Below, piece after piece: positions 10,509 through 21,037 of a stretch of DNA of 64,000 bases (positions are counted from its first letter, which is position 1; each line of letters begins with the position of its first letter). The position numbers and the translations under genes are program-made. Below the pieces are notes generated by a model. The model searched no databases and was not told the DNA's origin. It was given only the letters and a program-made list of their open reading frames with translations. Source of the stretch: Leidyana gryllorum EB-2025a. Its lineage: Eukaryota; Protista; Apicomplexa. The DNA lies in assembly GCA_048772705.1 (NCBI GenBank), contig JBLWGC010000036.1, forward strand, positions 124,001 to 188,000. Reading direction: 5' to 3'.

Positions 10509-13191
10509 ATGGGAGTGAAAGGGCTGCTATCGTGGTGCTTGCGCAACAGCCCCGCGCTTGAACAATGTCCACGGGGGGCGGCCCTGATCGACTCACACGC
10601 ATTCTTCTTTTGGTTTCTGGCGAACTTCATTCCAGGTCAACCAGATAGCATGGCACAGGTGTTGAGTACCGACTACGAGGAGGTCTCGATGATGATGCTT
10701 TGCTTCCTCGCTGTGCTTGAGTTCAATGGTGTGCATCCGGAGTTCATTGTGGATGGGAAACCCGCCACTAATACAAAGGATGCATTTCTTAGACGCAAGT
10801 CCACTTGGCTGAGTAGAAGAAAGGCAAGTACCTCTCCCCTGTTGCACGGCACATATCCTCGATTTTTCTACCAAAACAGGATCAGAAGCGACGTCTGGAT
10901 CTGCTGGAAAGGGCGCTCACCAACTGTACGTCGAACAACGGTCCCCTAACTGAACTGGGGAAAGATGGAAAACACCCCTTCGCGAAGGTCACGTTCGTCC
11001 TCCGACGCGTGTTGAAGCTCAATGGATACTTTCTACACAGTTGTGAGGGCGAGGCGGACGTGTAGGTGGTTTCTCTTTCCTTCGCTTTAAAGGCACATTC
11101 TTCCTTATTGCAGAGTCCTTGACCATCTAAGCGACCCAACTGCTTGCGCTCGGAGCGGCAGTGATGAGGCACTTGAAGGGTTACCTCGCATCGCTTTGGT
11201 CATAACCAATGATACTGACTTAATTCTGATGCCGAACACAAATGTGATAATGCTTCAAACTTGGAGCACCTCACCATTCGGGCGAGCTGTACAGGAGCAA
11301 ACTATTGAGCTGTACAACAATCCAGATATGAAACCTCGCTTAATTCGAGATCGAAGGGTAACGTTGTGGACCCGCGAACGCGTGAAAAGCATAACAAGAC
11401 TTTCTGACAGCGACTTGGCGGTGCTTAGCATTGTGTGTGGCAACGATGGATCGAGTCATTTGTACGTAACGCTCGCTTCCCTTCCCACTTTTTTTCTTCT
11501 TGCAGGGCACCCAGTTACTATGGAAAGGTGGACGATGCCATCTCCGCGATCAAAGCCACCCCGCAGGGGAGTTTGGAGGTGGCAGTGGATGGAGAGAAAC
11601 AAGTCATCCAGACTCGGAATCCCCTGGTGGTCTTAGGGTGGGACCCGCATGGTGCCAAGGCGGGCGAGCTGCACAAAGTCTTCCTCGCAGTTCTGAGTGT
11701 GATGGGGTTATTTCGATCCAAGGCCCAGAAGGAGCGCATTCGATGGGACGTCGCTGCCTACCAACTAGTTAGAGCTGCTAGTTACGGGACCCGTTTGGGC
11801 TGCCTCGTTGGCGACCGAGAGCAGATTCCTCAAGACTTTAAGAAGCGAATGCGCCACTTCAGCATGCAGACTCTCCGCGAGTTTCGAACTCGTGACGTTG
11901 TCGACTTCTTGACACGGGCCCAGCTCATAGATATGCCCAGCTATCATCTGGGCATGGCCGGGAAAGTTCGGACCCATCTGTGTGATATGCTCAGTGATCA
12001 AACGGGGTCACTTCATCGGAGCAACAGAGTGGCGTTGCACGATCTGTGCTCTCGCTTCCGTCGTCGAATCGTTGGATATCTTCTGCACGACGGATCTGAA
12101 CAACCGGACGGCCAGCCCATCGTGGAGTGGCGCCACACCACTCAGAAACCCACCGAAGAGATTAAGTTGGATCCCATTTTCCCACCTCGCGAACTACCGC
12201 TCCTGGTGGACCTGCCAACTGTCCCGGATTACCAGCGTGTCGACCTGTACTTGGCCTGGTTCATCTGTGAGAAAGCTCCCAAGGTGCGGGTGAAATATCC
12301 GGGCCCTATCGGGTGCTCGCTCGCCTGGTCGCTCTACAACCTCAGTCCACGCTTGGGGGACGAAAACCTCGGCTACGCTCTGTTGCTTATGGTCATTATC
12401 ATGGTGTCCTCCCGAGCACCCCGTACTCTGACGCAGTTTCGCAAGAACTGTTTGGACTACTTGGATGGCCTGAGTGACTATGACCCCGCTGTCGACGAGA
12501 AACTCCCGAAGCAGCTGTGCACGCTGTCCGCTGGAGCCAACTGGCTGATGCTGCAAGACGTTAAAGCGTTTGTGCTTCCCCCACAGCAGTACGGGACGTT
12601 CGCCGACACCCTCGGAGTTCCTCGAGACATGACAATTGCAACATACATATGCCAGCAACTCAATCACATCGCCCCTATCACCCCGGCCTATGGGAGGATG
12701 CAGCGATACGTTCCATGCTGTCGCCAATTAGCGATGTGGAATCGCTTCACAGTGAGACGCCATCAGACTTCCGGTGTGTGTATTAACAATATTCTCACTC
12801 GCAGGACTGTGCTGATCACATGATGTGGGGAATGACGATGTTCTTATTGAGTCAAAACGCTCCCTTCTTCTTCCAAGATTTCATGAACTTCGAGCTCTTC
12901 CAGTTGCTCGGACAAGGACCGGATGCCGGCCGCCCCAATGCGAAGCTCAAGCCGATGACGCAGAAACTACAGCGAGCGGCCAAGGTCCTCAGCTCGGATA
13001 GCTGGGTGAGTGCAACCATCGACGAACGCCTCTGTTTATATATGTTGCCCTGGCTTCCGCAGTTCAGAGATTTATATGCTGGCTTGAGCACTCAAGGACG
13101 TCAGATGAAGGGAGAAGAGAGCAGAAAAAGAGCATTGTCCTCTTTATCCTCATTGCCCAGCTTCCGGAGTGTGGACGGAACCACCTACTGA
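10509..13191 (+). CDS. PIN/XPG-fold nuclease-like protein (Asteroid/FAM120-like), multi-exon
   Basis: MGVKGL N-terminus, LID, IVDG, EGEAD, TNDTD and CGND motifs of FEN/XPG-like PIN domains. Confidence 0.7.
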
Positions 13192-13193
13192 CG

Positions 13194-14540
13194 TTACTCG
13201 TCGACAACGGTTGAGGCCTCCTCTGCTTTCGGCACCGTGGGCTCGTAAGCCTCCAGGCCAAGCCATTGACTAAGATAGGGGCAGGTACTGGGATTTACTT
13301 TGGAAGTGAAGAGCTGGAAACTAGCAACGGGAAGACCATCCTCTCCCAGTATATCTGCGAGCCGGCCGTTCTTCCCACCCTGCTCCGAGGCCCGAGCCTT
13401 TTGTTCTCGGTTCTTCTCCGCCTGCGTAAGAGGCTGACGCAGCATCACCGCGTCGAATCGGTCCAGATCTTCGATCTGGCAGCAATCATAGTGCGGGCAA
13501 CTGGTGCAGGGTATATCCTCGAAGTCTTCAAAGCCCGGGTATCGGTCCACTGCGAACCAGATCTCTCCGGTGTTCCGCTGTACGGTCTCCACCAACTCCT
13601 GGTCCCATATCAATGTCTGTAGAATTCGGTCCAAGTCTGACTCTCCTAGGTCCTGCCCGAGAACGATTTATGTCCAACCGCCCAAACCCACACACACACA
13701 GAGACACGGAAGCACAACCACACACGCGCCCATACGGATCGTGGCTCTTGAATGCAAAGTTGACGAATGTGAAAAATATTGGCCCACACTTGCGTTTCGT
13801 CCCGTCATAGCATCAATGCAAGCATTTGACTGAGTTGAGTCCTTGCATCCGATGGCGGTCGTGTGGGTCCATTCATGAAGCTCATGGAACATTGATTCTT
13901 TGATCCTTACCACGCTGAAACTGTTGGTCTTGACGTGTTCAATGATTTTCTTTTTTGACTGAAACCTCGTTGATCGCACAAATTTGAGTATGCAGTCGCG
14001 ATAGCTCTCGACCAATTGATCGTTGAAGATTCCATCTTTATAAAAGACCCCACCAACGACAGAAGTGTCAGCTTCGCGATTGGCAGCAATCCACAGTTTG
14101 CGTCGATTGTTTTGTATAGATTTGATCTGCTTGATAACACGATCTCCGTCCAACTCCTTTAGAGCTTTGTTTATACTCTGAACGGTGACAGGTGCACTAC
14201 ACTTGGTCTCGTTCAGGACGCGAACAATGTCGGGGGCTCCCATACCTCGCCCGCCCGAACTCTCTATGGCGCAAAAAGCCTCATAGGCCGGAGACTTCAA
14301 TTGTTTGAGTCTCGTTGCCAATTGCGTCTCCCGCACCGCTACCACCATTTCTCCCTTGCTGTTCTTGCGGGGAGGGGATGCCAATCTCAGGCTGACCAGC
14401 TGACTCAGAACAGCCGCGGCTTTAGCCTTGTCGAGACTACACTGTTCCGCCAATATCGCAAGAGTTAACTCTTGCCTCGGTGCTTGCATACCAGCAACAT
14501 AAGCTGCTTTGAGGTCTTCTGGGGATACAATATTGGACAT
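13194..14540 (-). CDS. POLR3F: RNA polymerase III subunit RPC34 (RPC6)
   Basis: KSIQNNRRKLWI..VVGGVFY winged-helix region and C-terminal PCTSCP..C...PSTCPYLSQWL Fe-S motif. One intron at 13910-13653. Confidence 0.85.
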
Positions 14541-14596
14541 CAGAGGTTTCCCAAAATTTCCAAGCAGCTGACATTCAGTTTCGTTCTAAAGTGTGG

Positions 14597-17034
14597 CTAA
14601 TAAACCCCAAAGAAGTCAATTTCCTCGGTCAAGAACGGTTTCTCGATCGGCTGCTGACAGCGCTCCAGCCGAACGAACATTTGACCCCACATCCGCTCCT
14701 CGCTACTCTCTAGCTGCACCATGATATATCATTGTTCACTGGACCAACATTGCCGCTTCACACTCACCGAGATGCAGCCAGTGAAGACATTCGCCCGCTT
14801 CGTGATAAAGTCGTGCAGGTCCATCTCACCCGTGGATAGGGTCGCCAGATTTTGACCTCTCAATGGACTCCCTTGCAAAGTGAAGCTGACGCAGAGATAA
14901 TCAGAGGTGTCAGCCACCAACAGGACATAATACTCACTGTACGAAACGATGCCCTTGGTAGGGAATATGTGCTGTCCGGTCGAATACAGCAGTGAACTTC
15001 TCACGATCTTTCTCGCAACCTTTTGGGCTCTTAACCTTGATTTCCACACCTCCAAGCCGGACAATCAGATGGAGCTCCTTGTTCAGAGACGGAATATTCT
15101 GAATCTTGTAGATCGTCACCTTGCAATGCTTAGTAGTATATACTGTGGGATCGTAATTCGGAATCAGATCAGGTACTTGGGATGACTTCAATGGCCCCGT
15201 AGCCGCGCTCTTCGGGTGTTTGATGTACTTCGCAGCGCTGGCCTTTTCCAATACGACATCCGATATCTTAATCTTCATGTCCAGGTATCCAATTCCCTTC
15301 TCATGGTGCTTCAGCTGCAGCAACATTAGACATCATCACATCGAGCGCGAGCACGCAGAGCAACGGCACATCAGAAAGGCAGCCAACGAAAAGTCAACAC
15401 AACAAGACACACTGCCCAGCACAGCATTCATGTTTATACGGCAAGCGTCGCCATGATATGCTCCACTTGCCACCGCAGGGAGCTCAGCTAAACACTTTCG
15501 GCGAGATACCGAGCCATTGAATTCACCCTCCTTTCGAAAGTTCCAGAATGCGTGACTCCTTGTACTGCCATCGATCAGCGCTAGTTGCGTAGCTTCCTGT
15601 CCGAGCGGGAAGGAGACTTCATGAGCTACTTTGACCGAACTAAGCACTCTGACGTCAACTTAAGTCTCTCCACTGAGTATGTTGCCTCCAAACTGATACG
15701 AAAGGATGGTGTGAAGTTCGTACGGCGCACTCCGATGCTGCGCAGATCATCATCTCGTACGTCGCTCGGTAATGTGACATCTTGCTCAACATCAATTGCA
15801 CATTCACCTCTGCTCGATGCAATTGGTACCCCTTGATCAAGTTAGTCGGCGCTATTGCACCTTGGCTTGTGCTCAGAGCAACACGTCCTGTGCATGAAGC
15901 ATTTCGAATGTGGCTCAGTGCAAATACGCCTTGCACATACGCCTTGCAAACAGCACTTCCTGTTGTGCGAAGCGCGCAGTCATAAAGTGCTCGGTGCGTA
16001 TAGAGACTTTCGATTTGCACTTCTGCACGTTGCACTACGTGATACTCAATGTGCTTGATGCGCCCCAACGGCGTGCACGGTGCTTAGTGGACAAGTGCAT
16101 ATAGCATATTGACGTTGCCCGGTGCACACAGGCCTTGCAAGCCGCATTTTTACTTGAGCGATGTGCACAACACTTCTGCCAGTTGCACATTGAGTGTGCT
16201 TGGTGCATAATCCTCAACGCGAAAACTTTGATGTTCTGTGCACATATGCTTGCACGAAACGCCGCAAGAAGTACTGCCCGGGGCTTGGGACTCAACTTCA
16301 GGGCGAGAAAGATGCTTGACGTTGAAGAAATCGTCAGGTGTACAAAGATCAGCAAGCGGTTTGCTTGTTGTGTTGACAGAGTTGTTGGAGGATACTCGCA
16401 ATCGTTTGAGTACTCAGTTCGATACTCAGTTCGATCTAGATCGATCGACGGATCGCAGAAAGATCAAACGAATCTCTTCGTCCTCACTTCTGTGGAATCG
16501 GCACCACAAGACGAGCGAACCAATGATACGACGTAGGCAGCGTGGCAAGCATTCAAGAAACTCACTCATATACCCCAATCGGTGAAGTCGAGATGTTTCT
16601 CACCTTGATTCTCACTAAATGCGACGGTTTATCATTATCCGTGAAGATATCCAGGTCCAAGACGCATCGACCCAGCTCCTTCTGTGTATGTCGCTCTTTC
16701 AATTGGAATCTGCCGAGATCAGTCGATCGGAAGATGTATACAATTCGAACCTACAGTATTGAGGTGTCTTTCCCTGGGTTCAGAGGGAACTGCAGGAGGG
16801 AGTCGAACTCGACTGGGTCAACGGTGGTGGGTAAGACTGCCACTGCAGCCGTCTTCAATTGTTTCTCGCCCAAAGCACAATAGACCGCCAGATCCTAGAT
16901 GAAATAGTCCCTGAAGCGTTGTGATCCGGCCTCACCGTGGTGGACGAGAGGTTTAGGGCATGAGAATCGAGTCTCTCAACATGAACGAATATGGAAGTCG
17001 CATTTTGAAGCTTCACAGCAGGGTTTGATGCCAT
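14597..17034 (-). CDS. Multi-exon protein with C2-like beta-rich domains
   Basis: Spliced segments such as FQLKERHTQKELGRCVLDLDIF, KVTIYKIQNI..LHLIVRLG and GQMFVRL resemble C2 domains. GT-AG introns include a long one ending at about 15832, preceded by an ACTAAC branch point. Confidence 0.5.
15850..16270. repeat. Degenerate TGCA-core repeat island with ~7-nt periodicity (probably intronic)
   Basis: 17 TGCA in ~400 nt; 15 of 16 spacings are within 1 nt of a multiple of 7. Confidence 0.7.
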
Positions 17035-17087
17035 TCCCAAAAGATTGGTCACTTTTCAGACTGCTGGGTCCGCCCTCTAGGAGAAAT

Positions 17088-18536
17088 ATGGCATACCACC
17101 TGCTCTTTTATACCTTGCCACTGGCAGCGAGTGTGCAATGGGATTTAAGCTCATGGTTGCCACTGCCTATGGTCTCGATGCCCCTGCGTCTCAAAGCATT
17201 CAATGCAGGCACGGGAGAAAAGGTGGAACCACGACCCGAGGTGGACGGATGGTACAGTGCTCACCAAACGCGGGCCCTCGATCCGGCTTTGTTGAACTTT
17301 CTGAATTCTCCGCGGGTCTATGGTGCCGAGGAGGATGTGGCCTCCTTCACTTCCCGAAGTAGCCGGGGATTCACAGAATTGTTATATGAGGCGCCTCTCA
17401 ATGAGCCGTATTGTAGAGGAGCGGTCACTGAACGCGCGCTACATGGTACGAGTCTGGAGCGCTCAATAAGTCCTGGTCGTTCTGAGTGTGTTGTGGCGTG
17501 CGATCGACGTGTTGGCCGCCCCTTAACTCCCGCTGCTCACCATGCGGGGGATTCTCACGCCAAAGTTGCGTCACGCAATCGAACGCTCATAGCGGAACTA
17601 GCTCGTGAATGCCGAATTCCGCTCACCCACGCCATTCGCGGGCGCTTCATGAAAAGTTTGACTACTGATGGACCCCTGGCATCTCTTCAACTCCCGCCTA
17701 ATCTGTGGGAACACATAGGAATCGATAGACGAGTTGATCTGGTCGACTTCCTCATTCAAGTCAATGTGACGCACTGCCCATCTCGATTATTCCCCACTGG
17801 AGAGGACAGTGCGCTAAAGACAACTCGCTCGACCGAGAAGAAAGTTTTACGCGAGCTAAAAGCGAGGGATGAGACTAACTCCAACGAGGTAATCGAGTCT
17901 GATGAGGAATCCGGCTCTACCACGAGTTCGGGAACGTATACCAGCGATGAAGATATTTGGGAACCAGAGGAAGAGCGTGACGTCTACAATCGACGGCCGA
18001 TCAGTCACCCATTTGGACCTTTCGACTTTCAGCCGGCTTCTCGGTTCGCGCCACCAACCTTTCGAATCGCTCCCAGCCAACATTACAGTTCGTTTGTGAT
18101 GTCTGGTATGGGAGGGCGTCCGCAAAGTGCTGGACGTTGGACAGAACAGCTGGAGGTGGTTTCTATGCCCTATCGCAACACGTATGTGGTTGATATCGGA
18201 CCGTTCCTCCGCCGCATGTGGACTGCTGATCACATGGAATTTGCTTTGGTGTCTAACTGCAACATTGCAGGCGTGAACGATCTTTTCGGCTTGCATAGAG
18301 CTGTGAACTGGATCTATAAGCCGGAATCAGAGCGTTGCCGTTCGGTGGTAACTGGGTGTGTCGATTGCAGAGCAGCTGGTTGCACATGGTGTCGACGCAC
18401 CCCTATTGGTGACGACTTCCTCGATCTGGAGCTTCTTAACATCACCGGCATCACACCTGAGGGCCGCTGCGGTGTTCCAAAGATCACTTGCATGACGCTA
18501 TTGGGTGGTATTGGGAATCCTGGGGACGAATGCTAA
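17088..18536 (+). CDS. Hypothetical secreted protein with Cys-rich (PSI-like) C-terminus
   Basis: Long uninterrupted ORF with hydrophobic N-terminus MAYHLLFYTLPLAASVQW and C-terminal CVDCRAAGCTWC...C. Confidence 0.6.
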   Translation: MAYHLLFYTLPLAASVQWDLSSWLPLPMVSMPLRLKAFNAGTGEKVEPRPEVDGWYSAHQTRALDPALLNFLNSPRVYGAEEDVASFTSRSSRGFTELLYEAPLNEPYCRGAVTERALHGTSLERSISPGRSECVVACDRRVGRPLTPAAHHAGDSHAKVASRNRTLIAELARECRIPLTHAIRGRFMKSLTTDGPLASLQLPPNLWEHIGIDRRVDLVDFLIQVNVTHCPSRLFPTGEDSALKTTRSTEKKVLRELKARDETNSNEVIESDEESGSTTSSGTYTSDEDIWEPEEERDVYNRRPISHPFGPFDFQPASRFAPPTFRIAPSQHYSSFVMSGMGGRPQSAGRWTEQLEVVSMPYRNTYVVDIGPFLRRMWTADHMEFALVSNCNIAGVNDLFGLHRAVNWIYKPESERCRSVVTGCVDCRAAGCTWCRRTPIGDDFLDLELLNITGITPEGRCGVPKITCMTLLGGIGNPGDEC

Positions 18537-19496
18537 CTAGGTTGTTTTCTTGGCCACCCAACTCCTCCGTTTCTTCTTTTCCTTCTCTTTCAGCATCCTA
18601 TCTCTTTCTTCCAAGCGGTGCTTCAAGGCAGCCGATCGCAGTTCATGTCCATCAGCACCTCGTTTGCTTTTCTGAAGACAACATCGACACCAAGTACTGC
18701 TCACAACCCTTACCATAATGGCATGCTGCAGAGCGAAAATATATAGTAGGTCATCTAGATGTTGCGGGGGTGAAGTTTGTTGCAGGAGTGTGGGACACTT
18801 CCGCACCACGTCTGTCATGGCGTAATACATGGCCTCGGCTGTCGACAGATTGGTTTCATCAGCATACTGGTCGGTGTTGTACCGCCAAAAGGCGGTTTGT
18901 CTGCCTGAAATTCTGACAAAACGAACTTCTTTCTTGATGCCCGTCACTAGCGCCTTAGCCTGTGTCCATGTTGCGTCTATGAAAAGAATCTCATTCACCG
19001 ATGTGCCCCAGTCAATGTCCGCGGTCTCGAAAGTAGGAGCACCCTCGGCAGGATAACATATAACACCCTTCTCAGCGTCAAAGTCTTTGTCAACGGAATA
19101 GTTCGCGATTGATGTGACCTTCACCTCCGGAGACAAGACACCCAGGGGAACTAAGCCATATAATGGATGACTGCACAGATCACTTACTTGCTGATGATTT
19201 CCCCGAAGCTTCAGCGGGATGGCGCAGTCTGTGCAACATTATGATGCGTAAAGGGAGCTCTTACACTGTCAATTTCAATGGCAGACGCACTGTTGGGATC
19301 CGACCAGCCGCTTCGGGCAGCAGAGTAGCACACTTGGAACAGTAAAGCCTATCTCGAACTTGAATTGAAGCAGACCTCTCAAGATTGCAATATCTCACCA
19401 ACAACGTAATTTGCAAGCGTTGCATTCTCCCTTCAACTGAGTAGCTTCATCTACTGGGAGCAAAGGTCTGGAGAAGTTCAGCTCGGGCAAGCCCAT
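18537..19496 (-). CDS. DTW-domain tRNA-uridine aminocarboxypropyltransferase (DTWD1-like), multi-exon
   Basis: LFIDATWTQAK (DTW motif), TAFWRY, NLSTAEAMYY, LDDLLY. N-terminal CxxC...YCxxC and HPxExxxKSS. Confidence 0.85.
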
Positions 19497-19617
19497 CGTT
19501 GACTACGGAAACCAAAAAAAAACCCTCCTTCCCTACTGCGAGTCTGGTGGGCTGCCTTCAACGATTTTTCCACCACTCTAGAACGCCTAAGAGGGTCGCG
19601 GCTTAAGTTTGACAGTC

Positions 19618-20968
19618 ATGGGGAAGGACGAACACTATGATTACCTCTATAAGAGTAAGCCAGCCGTTGGTTTGTTTGATCCTCGCGCAGTTGTCCTCAT
19701 TGGAGATTCTGGTGTTGGTAAATCCAACTTACTTTCAAGGTACAAATTCCTGAGCCACTGTACTACTTCGTGCTCAGATTCACCCGTGATGAGTTCAATC
19801 TGGAGTCCAAGTCTACAATTGGCGTAGAGTTCGCAACTAAGTCAGTCATGACAGAAGGGAAAGTTATCAAAGCCCAAATATGGGATACAGCGGGGCAAGA
19901 ACGCTATCGCGCGATTACATCGGTGTGAGTTCTGGATATGGGTCCACGTGCTTTCATTCAAAACAGATACTACCGAGGCGCTCTGGGCGCTCTGCTGGTG
20001 TACGACCTTTCCAAACGACAATCTTTCCAAAACGTGAGGTGTTGTCGTTTTCGTGTCCATAGCTTCCCCAGGTGTCAAGATGGCTGCGGGAACTTCGAGA
20101 ACACGCTGACCAAAGCATTGTGATCCTTCTTGTTGGCAACAAATCCGATTTGAGGCATCTCAGAGCGGTCACACAAGAGGAAGCGGCTCAATATGCGAGT
20201 AAGATTGGTTCACACTCTTGAATTGGTTGGCATGGATCTGATTACGTACCTTCATGATGTTCATCTTTATGTGTTCCGCCTACCTTCACTTACGCGAATC
20301 GTGTAAATTCTCTGTATGAGGTGCATGACTGCGCAAGATTCTTGTTTGCCGGGTGTATGCAGCACGCCGATAAGCAAATGCGCTGCTGCACTGCAATTTG
20401 TTGTGCGCAGAATGTGCGCCAACACGCTTACTTTTCGCAAATGAAGTGTGCAAGTGGGCTGACGCACATCTCGCAGTGCTCATTTGTGCGGTCGTGTGCC
20501 TGTAATGCGATCATAATGTGTCATCGCTAATCCCAAATTGCATACGAATGGGAGCTTATGCGGGTGGTTATGCGTGGTGTTGCGCCTACTCCTTGCTCGA
20601 TGACCTTGGGGGTGTGCGTGTCCACTCTTCTTATTATGGCATGGGCGAATCCACCTCTGCAGAGACAGAGTCTTTGGCATTTATCGAAACGTCGGCACTC
20701 GACGGAGCCAACGTAGACACCGCTTTCCAGCGTGCGCTCACAGGTTGGTGGTCTGAGCCTAAGGCGGTGTTATTGGCTGCTTCAGAGATATATTTACAGC
20801 GCAAGGATAGGAGGGTCGAGCCACAAAATGCGAGATTCCCGACTCAAGCACGAGCTGAACCTATCAAGGTGGGTTTTGGCTACTCTACTTGTCTGCCACC
20901 CTTTCTCCCCTCAGATGCAGAGCGATGTCGATGATGACGCTCGGCGTCGCAAGTGCTGTCGAAACTAG
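19618..20968 (+). CDS. RAB11A: Rab11A small GTPase, multi-exon
   Basis: [48 protein letters not shown] and C-terminal CCRN. Long intron at 20199-20662. Confidence 0.95.
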
Positions 20969-21037
20969 ATGACCTTCTAGTCATTATTTTCTGTTATCGC
21001 AAGACTAGGGTTTGTAGGTAGCAACTGGGCGTGTGAT

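Noticed and set aside
13785-13820. GGACGAAACGC on the minus strand resembling a hammerhead ribozyme
   Set aside because: The CUGANGA core and a valid NUH cleavage triplet are missing.
16411-16435. 12-nt tandem duplication TACTCAGTTCGA
   Set aside because: A small in-frame slippage (RTEY x2) with no wider pattern.
15655-16536. Cys/His/Ala-rich short ORFs on both strands over the TGCA island (also at 20267-20530 and 28444-28742)
   Set aside because: Their composition follows directly from TGC/GCA/CAC richness. Two of the three regions lie between clear splice sites of conserved genes.
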